Below the pieces are notes generated by a model. It had not been told where the DNA came from. It was given only the letters and a program-made list of their open reading frames with translations, and ran no database searches. Source: Opitutales bacterium (GTDB lineage Bacteria > Verrucomicrobiota > Verrucomicrobiia > Opitutales > UBA953). From it: a stretch of DNA of 64,000 nucleotides. Shown piece after piece: positions 48,033 to 58,984 of the stretch. The stretch is taken from NCBI GenBank assembly GCA_040398005.1, contig JBBAUX010000002.1:96001-160000 (forward strand), read 5' to 3'. Each line of letters starts with the position of its first letter. Position 1 is the first letter of the stretch. The translations under genes and the position numbers were made by a program.

Positions 48033-48947
48033 TTAGTTGTTCGCGATTTTACCGGAGATTGGCTCGAGGGTAACCACTGCACCATCAGAGAATTGGTCAA
48101 CTTCGGAATCGATTAAAATTTGAGCGATACACTGAGCAGCTTGAACGGACTCAACGCGAACTTTACCTACGTCAGCACCATTGACTTGTACTTTGAAAAC
48201 ACTGCGGGCTTTAATACCGTCTAACTCACCGACGGAGAAACAGACTAATCCATTATCTGAATCAAGACGAACCACGCGGGTTTTGACGGTTTCTGGAGCG
48301 AACTCCGCTTGTAAGGAGTTGACCGAAGGTTGGGAGAGTGGATCGCGCGGATAGGAAGGCTTGGTGCCAGTGGAGCTTAAGAATGAATTGTAAAGTTGAG
48401 CGTAGAGTTGAACAACGGCATTGCGGCTCTCCTCAGCTTTAGTGGTCTTAGCAATTTCGGTATCGAGTTGTTCTTTGGTGAACATGCTCGCGGTTTTTTC
48501 TTTCTCCTTAACTAACTCCTGTTTGATGGAATTGAGTTCGGAGGTAAGTGAATCTTTTTTGCTGGTTATATCAGCTAATTGGGAAGTGAGTTCATCGCGC
48601 TTACGGGTGAGTTCAGCTACGTTGCCTTCGAGACCTTCAACCTTAGCATTCAAGCCCTCGATTTTGGTTTTCTTATCAGCCACATCTGCTTCGAGGTCTT
48701 TTTTGACACCTTCGAGCTCAGCGATTTTGGTACGTTTTTCGTCGACGATATTCTTCAGCTTGGACCCGATGACTTCCATGCGCTTATCGAATTGTTTAGG
48801 CGCCGCAATTTCAGCGTCCGTGACAGTCCAATCGGTATTTTTCATTCCGGCGTCGACTTTGCCTTTCAAGAGATAGGCAAAGACGCATGCAGTAATCGCA
48901 AGGACGATTCCAAGGATTCGGATGGCTAGATTTACGGACTTATTCAT
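48033..48947 (-). CDS. Membrane-anchored coiled-coil protein with a C-terminal beta domain
   Basis: N-terminal TM, long heptad region, then 'V..L....GLV.FSVG..DGIK....F.V....GKV.V..V....IA.I'. Confidence 0.75.
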   Translation of the reverse strand: MNKSVNLAIRILGIVLAITACVFAYLLKGKVDAGMKNTDWTVTDAEIAAPKQFDKRMEVIGSKLKNIVDEKRTKIAELEGVKKDLEADVADKKTKIEGLNAKVEGLEGNVAELTRKRDELTSQLADITSKKDSLTSELNSIKQELVKEKEKTASMFTKEQLDTEIAKTTKAEESRNAVVQLYAQLYNSFLSSTGTKPSYPRDPLSQPSVNSLQAEFAPETVKTRVVRLDSDNGLVCFSVGELDGIKARSVFKVQVNGADVGKVRVESVQAAQCIAQILIDSEVDQFSDGAVVTLEPISGKIANN

Positions 48948-48968
48948 TGGGGGTAGGATGGATAAAAG

Positions 48969-50546
48969 TTATTTATGCCGGAAGGTAGTCAAACGGGGGT
49001 CCGGGTTTTCTATTGATTCAATAGAGCCGGGGTTTGACGAGGCATGGTGTAAGACTTTGAACACAAGTTCCTCCGAGCCTACAAGTCCAATCTCTTGACA
49101 GATATTCACGGGGGTAAACCACTGTCCTTTATGTTTATTTAAGTGCAAAATGGCACTGGTCCGGACCTTGAGGGTTTCCGCGGCCGCCTTCTTGCCGGCT
49201 TCAACCCCAGGTTGGTGGTAAGCGTTGATGTTCAATAGACTAGCGTAGAGTCCGACCGTTCGTTCAAAAAGAGCGATTATTTGACCAATGGTCTGAGCGT
49301 CGACCTGTTTAAGGGTGAGGGTGATGCTTCCGCGCCCACTGTCTGACAGAGCTTGGCGAGTTCCTAAATAGAACGCCTGCAGGTAATCACCCGAAGTGGT
49401 CTCAGGGTCCACAAAAGGAGAGGGTCCTTCCCGGTCTTTTAAAACTTCGATGAATAACGCAAAAAAATTATTCAATCCATCGCGCAACTGTTGGACGTAG
49501 GCATGCTGATCGGTGCTCCCCTTGTTTCCGTAAACGGTGAGTCCTTGATAAACTTTTTTACCATCAAGGTCGGACTCTTTACCGAGCGACTCCATAATCA
49601 ATTGCTGAAGGTAGCGTGAAAATAAAAGCAGGCGGTCTTTGTAAGGAAGGACGACCATGGCTTTTTTACCCTGTCCGTCCGTTAAATGATACCAGGCGAG
49701 AGCGAGTTGTGCGGCAGGATTTTTTTCTGCATTCTTTTCTCGGGTGAGTTCATCCATTTTTTTGGCACCCAATAAAAGTGCATCGATGTCGATACCTTGT
49801 AGCGCGGCGGGAAGTAGGCCGACCGGACCTAACTCACTGGTGCGTCCGCCTACCCAATCCCACATGGGGAAACGTGCTAACCATTTTTCTTTGACTGCAA
49901 TTTGATCGAGCTGACTACCTTCGCCCGTGACCGCCACCGCGTGCGCACTAAAATTTAATCCGGCTTTTTTCCAAACGAGTTCACTTTCGATTAAACCATT
50001 ACGAGGCTCGGGTGTGCTGCCTGACTTCGAAGTGACGATGACGAGTGTAGTACCTAATTGATTACCTAGATTTGCAAATACTCGGTCCATGCCATCGGGA
50101 TCGGTATTATCAATAAAATGAATTTTTAATTTGTCGGTCGCGGTGCCTAAAGCATCCGCAACGAATTGTGGTCCTAAAGCCGAACCTCCAATACCGATAC
50201 AAAGACAGTCGGTAAATTTCCCTTTAGCCCCTTGGATAGATCCATTGTGTACCGACTTAGTAAATTGATGAATCGATTGTACGGCTTTAATAATTTCTGC
50301 AGTGAGTGAGGATTGCGGAGCTAATTCAGGGGTGCGCAACCAGTAATGCCCGACCATTCTTTTTTCGTCGGGATTAGCCATCGCCCCACTTTCCAAGGCG
50401 CTCATGTCCGCTAACGCTTTCGCGATCGGCGCGGACATTTTTTCTCTAAAGCCAGCAGGGGCAGGAGCTCGACTTAAATCCAAGGCGAATCCTAAAGCTG
50501 GGAAATTGAGTAGATGCTTGCTGTAAGAATCGAAAGAGGTGTCCAC
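48969..50546 (-). CDS. pgi: Glucose-6-phosphate isomerase
   Basis: 'IGIGGSALG', 'SKSG', 'WVGGRTS', '[10 protein letters not shown]', 'QPGVEAGK'. Confidence 0.97.
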   Translation of the reverse strand: MDTSFDSYSKHLLNFPALGFALDLSRAPAPAGFREKMSAPIAKALADMSALESGAMANPDEKRMVGHYWLRTPELAPQSSLTAEIIKAVQSIHQFTKSVHNGSIQGAKGKFTDCLCIGIGGSALGPQFVADALGTATDKLKIHFIDNTDPDGMDRVFANLGNQLGTTLVIVTSKSGSTPEPRNGLIESELVWKKAGLNFSAHAVAVTGEGSQLDQIAVKEKWLARFPMWDWVGGRTSELGPVGLLPAALQGIDIDALLLGAKKMDELTREKNAEKNPAAQLALAWYHLTDGQGKKAMVVLPYKDRLLLFSRYLQQLIMESLGKESDLDGKKVYQGLTVYGNKGSTDQHAYVQQLRDGLNNFFALFIEVLKDREGPSPFVDPETTSGDYLQAFYLGTRQALSDSGRGSITLTLKQVDAQTIGQIIALFERTVGLYASLLNINAYHQPGVEAGKKAAAETLKVRTSAILHLNKHKGQWFTPVNICQEIGLVGSEELVFKVLHHASSNPGSIESIENPDPRLTTFRHK

Positions 50547-50631
50547 GACGTATTACCATCATCGGCGACGCTTAGTTTGGCAATCCCCGATGAGCAGAAA
50601 TATCAATCTACCCCTTATTTTATCTAATTTA

Positions 50632-52320
50632 TTAGTCTCCGTCCGTAATCGCACCTTCCGAGGCAGAGGAAACAGACTTCGCGTATTTAGCTAACGCTCC
50701 ACGCTTTTCTTTGCACGGTGTAGGTTTCCAGTTTTTGAGACGCTGAGCGATTTCTGCATCAGACACCGAAAGATTAATTTGATTTTTCACAGCATCGATC
50801 GTGATGACGTCACCGTTTTGAATCACCGCAAGAACGCCCCCGACGGCTGCTTCGGGCGTGATGTGGCCGACGACGAAACCGTGACTGCCTCCAGAAAATC
50901 TTCCATCCGTAATCAACGCGATAGTTTTGCCTAATCCTTTGCCCATGATGGCGCTCGTTGGCCCAAGCATTTCACGCATTCCTGGTCCGCCCTTAGGTCC
51001 TTCATTACGAATAACAATAACGTGACCGTCTTTAACTTCACCTTCTAAAATACCTTTGAGGGAGGCTTCTTCGGATTCATAGACGATTGCTTTACCCGAG
51101 AAACTATTTCCTTCTTTGCCAGAAATTTTTGCCACGGCGCCTTGCGGAGCAATGTTCCCACGAAGAATTCGTAAATGGCTATCGGCTTTGATGGGGTTAC
51201 TGAAGGGACGAACCACATCCTGGTCCGCCGCGTAGGGCTTAACGCTGGCCAGGTTTTCGGCGACGGTCTTCCCGGTTACGGTTAAGCAATTTCCGTGGAG
51301 CAGGCCCTTATCTAAAAGCATTTTTAATAAAGGTTGGAGTCCGCCAATACGAACGAAGTGCGCCATGTTGTATTTTCCACTAGGCTTTAAGTCGCAGAGT
51401 ACTGGAACTTTTTGACCGATGCGTTCAAAGTCTTCGAGACTGATTTTCACACCCGCCGAGTGAGCCATCGCGATGATATGAAGAACCGCATTGGTTGATC
51501 CACCGAGTGCAATCACCACAGTGATAGCATTTTCAAAAGCTTCTTTCGTGAGAATATCCGACGGGCGAATATTTTTCTTAAGTAATTCCAAGACGGCCTT
51601 ACCCGCGCGATCGCAATCCGCTAATTTATCTTTCGAGTTCGCTAATTGAGCCGAACTATCGGGTAAGCTTAAACCTAACGCCTCAATCGCACAAGCCATC
51701 GTGTTAGCGGTGTACATGCCACCACATGAGCCTTCGCCAGGAATCGAGCACGTCTCGATTTCTTTGAGTTCGGTCTCGGTGATTTGATTCGCCGCAAATT
51801 TTCCGACTGCTTCGAAAACGGTGACGATGTCAGCTGCTTTACCATGGTGTAATCCCGGTACAATAGTTCCGCCATAGACGAAGACAGAAGGGCGATTGAG
51901 TCGCGCCATTGCCATTACGCATCCAGGCATGTTTTTATCGCAACCGCCGATGGTGACGAGTCCGTCAAAACCTTCAGCACCCGCGACGGCTTCAACCGAG
52001 TCGGCAATAATTTCACGTGATACTAGAGAGTAGCGCATACCTGGCGTACCCATGGAAATGCCGTCCGAAACGGTAATCGTCCCAAAGATAATCGCCTTAC
52101 CACCTGCCTCATCTGCTCCCTTGGCTGCTTGTACGGCCAGGCGATCGATGTGCATATTACAAGGGGTGACCATCGACCACGTGGAGGCGATGCCGACGAC
52201 GGGCTTCTTGAAGTCTGCATCGGTAAAGCCCACGGCTCTCAACATTGCACGGCTAGGAGCACGGTCTGGGCCGTCGACAACGAGTGCTGAAAATTGGCGT
52301 TGGTTGTTTGAATGGGTCAT
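50632..52320 (-). CDS. ilvD: Dihydroxy-acid dehydratase
   Basis: 'PCNMH', 'GCDKNMPG', 'CGGMYTANTM', 'GGSTN', 'GP.GGPGMREM', 'TDGRFSG'. Confidence 0.97.
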   Translation of the reverse strand: MTHSNNQRQFSALVVDGPDRAPSRAMLRAVGFTDADFKKPVVGIASTWSMVTPCNMHIDRLAVQAAKGADEAGGKAIIFGTITVSDGISMGTPGMRYSLVSREIIADSVEAVAGAEGFDGLVTIGGCDKNMPGCVMAMARLNRPSVFVYGGTIVPGLHHGKAADIVTVFEAVGKFAANQITETELKEIETCSIPGEGSCGGMYTANTMACAIEALGLSLPDSSAQLANSKDKLADCDRAGKAVLELLKKNIRPSDILTKEAFENAITVVIALGGSTNAVLHIIAMAHSAGVKISLEDFERIGQKVPVLCDLKPSGKYNMAHFVRIGGLQPLLKMLLDKGLLHGNCLTVTGKTVAENLASVKPYAADQDVVRPFSNPIKADSHLRILRGNIAPQGAVAKISGKEGNSFSGKAIVYESEEASLKGILEGEVKDGHVIVIRNEGPKGGPGMREMLGPTSAIMGKGLGKTIALITDGRFSGGSHGFVVGHITPEAAVGGVLAVIQNGDVITIDAVKNQINLSVSDAEIAQRLKNWKPTPCKEKRGALAKYAKSVSSASEGAITDGD

Positions 52321-52430
52321 GGTATGAAAGTCTGCGGTTGTCAGTGGGACGGTCTCCCTTAATAAGGAGTTCAATGGACTTTGTGGTCCAGCCACCCGTT
52401 CGACAACCCGAATTTAAGACCTTCCTATCC

Positions 52431-53201
52431 ATGGAATTCAACCTCAAGAAGATTATTAAAGCCCTCCTCCTCTCGACCTCGGAGGCCGTGTCCATCAAAG
52501 ACATCCAAAAAGTCGTCCAACGCTACCATGCACAAGCTGTCCATGAGAAGAGCGAGGAAGGGGCTACCCCTGCGACCGAGGCGCCCACTCCATCGGAAGC
52601 TCCGGTTCAAGAAGTGATTCAAGATATCATTAACCAAGTTCCCACTTTGCTCACCGCGACACAGATTCGTGAAGCGGTAGATATTCTTGAAGCCGAAATG
52701 CGCGACTCTAATGACTCCGCACGAATTCTCCAAGGCCCTGAAGGTTTTCGTTTGGTGATTTCTCCAGCGTACGCTGACTGGGTTCGACTCCTGCGCGGCG
52801 AACCTCGTCCGCAACGTCTGAGTCCAGCCTCTTTAGAAACTCTTTCAATCATCGCCTACCGTCAGCCAGTCACGCGTCCCGAAATGGAAGCGATTCGCGG
52901 CGTCTCGGTGGACAGTGCACTCAATCGTTTATTGGAATTAGAACTAGTAACTGTGACTGGTCGTGCCGATTTACCGGGTCGCCCAATTCAATATGGCACC
53001 ACCGATAAATTTTTAGACTTCACCGGCCTCCGTACGCTCGGCGAATTACCTGCGTCCGACGTTTTATCGCCCGCGCAAATTTCGGAGTGGATCACTCGTG
53101 CGACCACGCCCGTAGCGGTCGGCGACGCCGAAATGGGTTTGCCGCTTGAAGATAATTCTAGTTCGGTAAACATTGATTCAGATTCACCACCTTCTTCATG
53201 A
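52431..53201 (+). CDS. scpB: SMC-Scp complex subunit ScpB
   Basis: 'LS.ASLETLSIIAYRQPVTR.E.EAIRGV', 'GRP..YGTT..FL...GL..L.ELP'. Confidence 0.93.
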   Translation: MEFNLKKIIKALLLSTSEAVSIKDIQKVVQRYHAQAVHEKSEEGATPATEAPTPSEAPVQEVIQDIINQVPTLLTATQIREAVDILEAEMRDSNDSARILQGPEGFRLVISPAYADWVRLLRGEPRPQRLSPASLETLSIIAYRQPVTRPEMEAIRGVSVDSALNRLLELELVTVTGRADLPGRPIQYGTTDKFLDFTGLRTLGELPASDVLSPAQISEWITRATTPVAVGDAEMGLPLEDNSSSVNIDSDSPPSS

Positions 53202-54265
53202 GTTTAGACGAACATCGCAAATCCGTTGATCGCATAGACAAAGAAATTCTTCGTCTATTGGGCGAGCGTTTGCAGGTCGCTAAAGCCATCGGCGAAGCGA
53301 AGTTAAAATCAGGCGCACCGGTTTACGCTCCACAACGTGAAGAACAAGTTTTACGTTCACTGGTCGAAGCTGCACCAGCATTACCCGCCTCTGGCATTCG
53401 TTCTGTTTTTCGCGAAATTATTTCTCTCTCTATCGGTGCCCAAATGGCGAAGCCCGTTGCTTATCTCGGGCCCGAAGGTTCGTTCACGCAGCAAGCACAA
53501 ATCCGCGCCTTTGGTTCGAGCGTGCCTGCCTTACCTTTGAAATCGATTAGCGATATTTTCGCCGCGGTTGAATCGGGCGAGGCCTCCTATGGCGTCGTTC
53601 CCGTAGAAAATTCTACGGAAGGTGTCGTCAGTCACTCGTTGGATTTACTAGCTGAGTCCGAATTAAAAGTGGTCGCACAAATCACCCTCTCGGTGGAACA
53701 GTGTTTGATTGGTTTTGGACCACTGAACGAAATCACGCACGTACTTTCTAAAGACATCGCCCTCGCCCAGTGTCGTGGTTGGTTATCTCGTCATGTCCCT
53801 CAGGCTACATTAGTTGAAACCGAAAGCACCGCGGCGGCGGTTGAAAAAGTAATGAAAGAGCCGAAGGGTAGTGCCGCTGTCGCGGCCGCCTCCGCCGCTG
53901 AATCACGCGGTGTTCCGATTTTATCTCGCGGCATTCAGGATCGTCGCGACAACGCGACCCGCTTCTTTGTCATTGGCACAGCGGCGAATTCTCCGGGCAG
54001 TAAAGATGAAGTTACCAGTGTAGTTTTAACTTTAAAGCATGAGCCTGGTGCACTCCAAGCCGCTCTCAGTTCCTTTTCCGACCGCGGTATTAATTTGATT
54101 CGTATCGAGTCACGCCCCAGCCGTCGTCGCGCTTGGGAATACTTATTCTTCATTGATTTCCCTGGTCACTGGGAAACTCCTGCCGTTCAAGAAGCAGTCG
54201 TCGCTCTCAAGGGACGCTGTGAAATCGTCAAGTGGTTGGGTAGCTATCCGCAGTCCGCGGGATGA
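53198..54265 (+). CDS. pheA: Chorismate mutase / prephenate dehydratase (P-protein)
   Basis: N-terminal CM domain, 'YLGPEGSF', 'PVENSTEG', 'NATRF', ACT-domain 'IESRP'. Confidence 0.96.
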   Translation: MSLDEHRKSVDRIDKEILRLLGERLQVAKAIGEAKLKSGAPVYAPQREEQVLRSLVEAAPALPASGIRSVFREIISLSIGAQMAKPVAYLGPEGSFTQQAQIRAFGSSVPALPLKSISDIFAAVESGEASYGVVPVENSTEGVVSHSLDLLAESELKVVAQITLSVEQCLIGFGPLNEITHVLSKDIALAQCRGWLSRHVPQATLVETESTAAAVEKVMKEPKGSAAVAAASAAESRGVPILSRGIQDRRDNATRFFVIGTAANSPGSKDEVTSVVLTLKHEPGALQAALSSFSDRGINLIRIESRPSRRRAWEYLFFIDFPGHWETPAVQEAVVALKGRCEIVKWLGSYPQSAG

Positions 54266-55194
54266 ATAAGAAAACCATCGGCACGATTTTGATCACAGTT
54301 TTAATTGTGACCACGCTCGTGTCTTCCTGGCTCTGGTGGCGTGCATGGTCGGCTCCTTTAGTGGATGTTTTTTTTAGACCCGGATTTTCGATTCATGGAA
54401 TCGGTGTGGGCACGCCTGTTCGCGTTCAAGGCGTAGTCGTCGGACAAGTTTCCTCCATCGGACTTTCCTCTGACAGTGAAGCGAGACTTCGTCCGCAGGT
54501 AAATTTAAGTTTGAATCCTGAGGTGTTGGATAATCGTGGCTTTGCGGAACGTTTACGCGGTAAAAATTTACAGGAAGAAGTGGCGCAAGGCCTTCGGGTT
54601 CATCTCGTGGTGGTGAGTCCAGCCTCTGGCCTGGTTCAAGTAGAATTATTTTGGGCTAAAAATGATTCCCTGCCAGCCGGCTTAGCAGAGAATGAAATTC
54701 CTGCGACGGGGCAGACGATGCAACGTGCGATGGAGCGTTTGGTGAAAGAACTGAATCGTGCTACCCAATGTGATCTCGAAAAAATTGCGCAAGACTTAGA
54801 AAAAGATCTCGACCAATATTTCCCAAAATCAGACCCTGCCTTTGCCTCAGTCTTCTCGGCTAAATTAGTTGCCACGAGCGAATCCTTAGTCACCGCGACG
54901 AATCCAGAAAATTTTGGACCCAAGCTCGCGCGAATCACAGAAGCCTGTGCCGCTTTACGTTCGGATATGGAAACGATGAACAAAGAGTTCAGTCTGGAAA
55001 ATTTAATTATCCTCCAGGCTCATTTGGCCGACGCCACGGCGGCCCTCGATTCATTCGCCGCATCGCTCGAGGGTTCACAGTCTAAAATTAATGCTTCCGC
55101 CGAGGAAATTACCGCTTTGTTTCAGTTGATTTCTCGTGGGGCCCGCGATTGGAAAGAAAAAACTGAAGCCTTTGGCCGAGAACCTCGGCCTTAA
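54262..55194 (+). CDS. MCE/MlaD-domain protein
   Basis: TM anchor, 'SIHGIGVGTPVRVQGVVVGQVSSI', helical C-terminus. Confidence 0.75.
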   Translation: MNKKTIGTILITVLIVTTLVSSWLWWRAWSAPLVDVFFRPGFSIHGIGVGTPVRVQGVVVGQVSSIGLSSDSEARLRPQVNLSLNPEVLDNRGFAERLRGKNLQEEVAQGLRVHLVVVSPASGLVQVELFWAKNDSLPAGLAENEIPATGQTMQRAMERLVKELNRATQCDLEKIAQDLEKDLDQYFPKSDPAFASVFSAKLVATSESLVTATNPENFGPKLARITEACAALRSDMETMNKEFSLENLIILQAHLADATAALDSFAASLEGSQSKINASAEEITALFQLISRGARDWKEKTEAFGREPRP

Positions 55195-55251
55195 TGCTGA
55201 ACAGGCTTGCGGACAGGCAGGCCTCAAGCGTAAGTCAGAACCATCACTATT

Positions 55252-56754
55252 ATGGCAGAACCTACCGATAAAATGGAGTCCATCATCAACCTGTGCAAAC
55301 GTCGCGGGTTTGTTTTTGCTTCTTCCGAAATCTACGGCGGACTCAATGGATTTTTTGACTACGGCCCCTTGGGCGCGGAACTTAAAAATAATATCAAACA
55401 GGCCTGGTGGCAGGACTTCGTTCACCGTCGCGACGACATCGTCGGTCTAGATTCAACCATCATTCACCATCCGACCACTTGGAAGGCCTCGGGTCACATC
55501 GATAATTTCACCGATCCGCTGGTCGACTGTAAGGAATCGAAAATGCGCTACCGCGCCGACCAACTATTTTTTGCACCGGTCATCGTTGCCGGAGAAACGA
55601 TTGGTTATGTTTCCGTTTTAGAAGATGAAGGTATGCAGGCTAAAGCCGAAGAATTGGCGAATGATTTAAAACGTAAGCTCGCTAAGCCTGGTGTCCTCGA
55701 GCCGATAAAATTAAAAGACTACACCGAATCTACTGCTGAACAGCACGCTTTAATTCCTTCTCCTGCTACCGGAAAGCCTGGTTCGCTCACCCCTCCACGT
55801 TCCTTCAATATGATGTTCCAGACCTACGTGGGTGCGATGCAGGATGCTTCCGCCGTCGCTTATCTCCGTCCGGAAACCGCCCAAGGTATTTTTATTAATT
55901 TTAAGAATGTCGTCGATACGGGCCGCGTGAAATTGCCTTTTGGTATCGCGCAAATGGGCAAAGCCTTTCGTAACGAAATCAACCCACGTAACTTTATTTT
56001 CCGATCACGTGAGTTCGAACAAATGGAAATCGAGTATTTTATTTCACCCCAAGCGGATTGGCAAACAGCCCACCGCGGTTGGATCGAAGATTGTTTAGCC
56101 TGGTTTGAATCTATTGGTATTCCTCGTGCCAAACTTTCGCTTTATCCTCACCCTCAAGAAAAACTCGCCCACTATTCGAAGGGTACTACGGATATCATGT
56201 TCGAATTTCCTTTTGGCGTACAAGAACTTCAAGGGGTCGCCGCGCGCGGTGATTTCGACTTAACGCAACACAGCCAAGTCTCGGGCCAAAAATTAGATTG
56301 GTTCGATGAAGCAGCTAAGGCTCGCTTTATTCCTCACGTCATCGAGCCCTCCGTCGGCGTGGATCGTGTTTTCCTAGCACTGCTCACCACCGCTTATCAC
56401 GAAGACGAAGTGGAAGGTGAAAAACGCGTCGTTCTTAAATTGCCCATCCGCGTGGCACCCTTTAAGGCCGCCGTTTTCCCGCTGGTTAAGAATAAGCCGG
56501 AAATCGTTGAGCGTGCTGAAGCTTTATACCGCCGCCTCAAGAAACGCTTTAACGTGTTTTATGATGCGTCTGGCGCAATCGGCCGTCGCTATCGTCGCCA
56601 AGACGAAATCGGCACACCTTACGGTATCACCATCGACTTCGAGACGATTGAAAAAGGGGCCGGCGTGACTGTCCGTAATCGCGACACCCTAGAGCAGGTG
56701 CGTATGACTGAAGACGAAGTCGTTCGCTTCCTCGACGAAAAGATTAACGGATAA
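55252..56754 (+). CDS. glyQS: Glycine--tRNA ligase, alpha2 type
   Basis: 'KRRGF...EIYGG..G..DYGPLG', 'LRPETAQG', 'FRNEI', 'REFEQME', '[14 protein letters not shown]'. Confidence 0.97.
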   Translation: MAEPTDKMESIINLCKRRGFVFASSEIYGGLNGFFDYGPLGAELKNNIKQAWWQDFVHRRDDIVGLDSTIIHHPTTWKASGHIDNFTDPLVDCKESKMRYRADQLFFAPVIVAGETIGYVSVLEDEGMQAKAEELANDLKRKLAKPGVLEPIKLKDYTESTAEQHALIPSPATGKPGSLTPPRSFNMMFQTYVGAMQDASAVAYLRPETAQGIFINFKNVVDTGRVKLPFGIAQMGKAFRNEINPRNFIFRSREFEQMEIEYFISPQADWQTAHRGWIEDCLAWFESIGIPRAKLSLYPHPQEKLAHYSKGTTDIMFEFPFGVQELQGVAARGDFDLTQHSQVSGQKLDWFDEAAKARFIPHVIEPSVGVDRVFLALLTTAYHEDEVEGEKRVVLKLPIRVAPFKAAVFPLVKNKPEIVERAEALYRRLKKRFNVFYDASGAIGRRYRRQDEIGTPYGITIDFETIEKGAGVTVRNRDTLEQVRMTEDEVVRFLDEKING

Positions 56755-58429
56755 CGACGGCACTGCCGCTCAGTTCTTCGGCGAATCTTGCGAGATGTCG
56801 CTTTCCACAAAGGGAAGCGGCTATCGTAAGATTGCGAAGTCCTTGCGGGAGGTGAGCTAAGAAATCGGCCCGACCTTTTTTCTTACCTAAATAAGCATAC
56901 GCTCCACAGGCTTGTAAGAGTCGTTGGGTCGCACCGATGTGCAGCAAGTGGCTGAATTCATCGAGTGAACCTTTCCAGCCGGAAATTTCTTTGGTGTGAT
57001 CTTCGATTTCAATCCGCCATAAATCCATATCGCGACGCTTGAGATAGGGATCAAACATGAGCGACGCGTAATCGTAGAACATCGATCCCATACGAGCACC
57101 CTGGAAATCGATTAACCAAGATTGATCATTCCTCACTAAAATATTTTGAGACTGGAAATCGCGGTGCAGTACCACTTGAGGCTGAGCTGATAATTCTTTA
57201 GCGAGTGAAGCCATGTCGTTAATTACATCACGCGAAGGCTTCTTGGTGACGCAGACATTGTCTAGGAAGTACTGACGTTCCCAACCGTAGAGTTTATCGT
57301 TAAACGGCTCGTTTAAAGTGATTTGGGCCTGATTCATGGCCTCTGTGCCAATGCGGTGCAGGTGGGTTACTTGTTCAAGCGCCGAGGCGAATTGAGCCCA
57401 GGGAAAACTTTCATTCTGGCTCAATGACCAAAGATCAATCGTTCCTAAATCTTCTAATACTAAAAGTCCCAAGTCTTTATCTTCAGCAATGACGGCAGGA
57501 ACATTCAGACCGTTCAGATGAAGAACTTTAGCGATATCTCCATAAATTAAATTTTCGGGGCGACTGTCATCATAATTACACAGCACAGAAGGATTTCCTT
57601 GCGCGTCTTGCGTGTGATAAAACTGTCTACCCGATCCGCCTTTAATCGCCGCACCTTCTGCAGTTAAAATAAGTCTGAGACGTTTAGTGGCATCCTCTAT
57701 TTTTAAACTACCGCGTGCAGGTTTTTCTAATTCAGCTTTAACTTTTTGATATTCTTCGACCGTGCCTAAATCATGCCAGAACTTTGAGCTATCGAGATAA
57801 CCTTGCACGGATTGCGGAGCTTCTTGGAGGCGACGAAGGAAATGCTCAACGAGAGATTCAATCGTGGCAGGAGTGGTCTGAATAAATGCGCGAGAGACAA
57901 AACAAATACCCGTGTATTGGTAGGCGGTCTCGGTTTTTCCTAAGCGATCACGCATGTCGGTGATGAGACCATCTTGGGTGATCCGAACGTTTTTATTCGG
58001 TCCCTCTTCACGCACAATCAATGTGGCCTCGGCATGGTTACTGGTGTGATAAGCGTAGGCATTTTTTACGTCGCAATCGCTTAAGATATCGCCGTTCCAG
58101 ATAATTAACTGCGTGTCTTCAGGTGTTAAATACTGAGCAATATTGGCTAAGCCCCCGCCCGTTTCTAATAGCGTGGGCTCAAAAACTAAATCTACTTTCG
58201 CGGTACCCCAAGTGCCTTCAGGAAAAGTCTGTTTCCAGACGTCGGGGCAGTGGTGCGTGTTGATAATAAATCGTTGTACCCCGGCCTGACGGAGTTTTTC
58301 CATGGCGCGAAAAACTATAGGCTGTTCGCCGATGGGCAGAAGGGGCTTCGGGCAATTTTCCGTGAGTGGTCGGAGGCGCTGACCGAGGCCAGCTCCTAAT
58401 ATAAATGCAGTGGTCGGAAAATTATTCAT
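56744..58429 (-). CDS. Fused sugar-1-P nucleotidyltransferase (MurU-like) and anomeric sugar kinase (AmgK-like)
   Basis: N-terminal '[17 protein letters not shown]', 'INTHH', 'LETGGG', 'NGD'. C-terminal 'GGSGR.F', 'LEDLG', 'HRDFQSQNI', 'IDFQGAR.G', 'YDYASL'. Confidence 0.85.
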   Translation of the reverse strand: MNNFPTTAFILGAGLGQRLRPLTENCPKPLLPIGEQPIVFRAMEKLRQAGVQRFIINTHHCPDVWKQTFPEGTWGTAKVDLVFEPTLLETGGGLANIAQYLTPEDTQLIIWNGDILSDCDVKNAYAYHTSNHAEATLIVREEGPNKNVRITQDGLITDMRDRLGKTETAYQYTGICFVSRAFIQTTPATIESLVEHFLRRLQEAPQSVQGYLDSSKFWHDLGTVEEYQKVKAELEKPARGSLKIEDATKRLRLILTAEGAAIKGGSGRQFYHTQDAQGNPSVLCNYDDSRPENLIYGDIAKVLHLNGLNVPAVIAEDKDLGLLVLEDLGTIDLWSLSQNESFPWAQFASALEQVTHLHRIGTEAMNQAQITLNEPFNDKLYGWERQYFLDNVCVTKKPSRDVINDMASLAKELSAQPQVVLHRDFQSQNILVRNDQSWLIDFQGARMGSMFYDYASLMFDPYLKRRDMDLWRIEIEDHTKEISGWKGSLDEFSHLLHIGATQRLLQACGAYAYLGKKKGRADFLAHLPQGLRNLTIAASLCGKRHLARFAEELSGSAVVIR

Positions 58430-58898
58430 GAGAGGGTTTGGAGCAGCGGGGGCAGATACCATAAATTTCCATAATGTGCGTTAAGTCGGTGAAGCCCTGA
58501 TTTTTTGCAGCGATTTCAAGTTTGATCGTATCGCAGCCCGGAAGCTTTTCGATTAAGCCGCAGCGTCGACAAATCACATGGTGGTGATGGTGGTCAGGCG
58601 CTATCATCGCGTAGAGATTTTTTCCTCGTTCAATGGGGTGACGTTGGACGACGCCCGCTTCTTCGAGTGAGTCTAGATTTCGATACACTGTGACTAAATC
58701 CAAAGTGCCGTCCCCGGCTGACTTATGAATTTCCTCCGCACTGATTGGGTTTTTGCACTCCGATAAAACTTTCAGCATGGCGAGACGAGGATTGGTAATA
58801 CGCAGAGCCTTCGTTTTCATCCGACTCAGGGCGGATTCTACCCTGGGATGGGGGTCGCCGTCGCAGCAGTCTTTGTTATGGAGGTGTTTATCGGGCAC
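58422..58898 (-). CDS. Fur-family metal-dependent transcriptional regulator
   Basis: 'RIT.PR', 'SAEEIH', 'TVYRNL', 'HHHHHVICRRCG', 'GICPRC'. Confidence 0.92.
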   Translation of the reverse strand: MPDKHLHNKDCCDGDPHPRVESALSRMKTKALRITNPRLAMLKVLSECKNPISAEEIHKSAGDGTLDLVTVYRNLDSLEEAGVVQRHPIERGKNLYAMIAPDHHHHHVICRRCGLIEKLPGCDTIKLEIAAKNQGFTDLTHIMEIYGICPRCSKPSHE

Positions 58899-58973
58899 AG
58901 GCTCTAAATTCGACTTCTATTATGACGTGGCAAGACGAATGGTCACTTGCCACCCGCCAATCTCTGGTTTGGC

Positions 58974-58979
58974 TATAAT
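58974..58979 (+). promoter_or_regulatory. Consensus -10 hexamer TATAAT, 5 nt upstream of the metX ATG
   Basis: Sequence ggcTATAATctcgtATG; TTGCCA at 58947. Confidence 0.45.
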
Positions 58980-58984
58980 CTCGT

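Noticed and set aside
52284..52430. Apparent overlap of ilvD and scpB N-termini
   Set aside because: Resolved by starts at 52320 (-) and 52431 (+).
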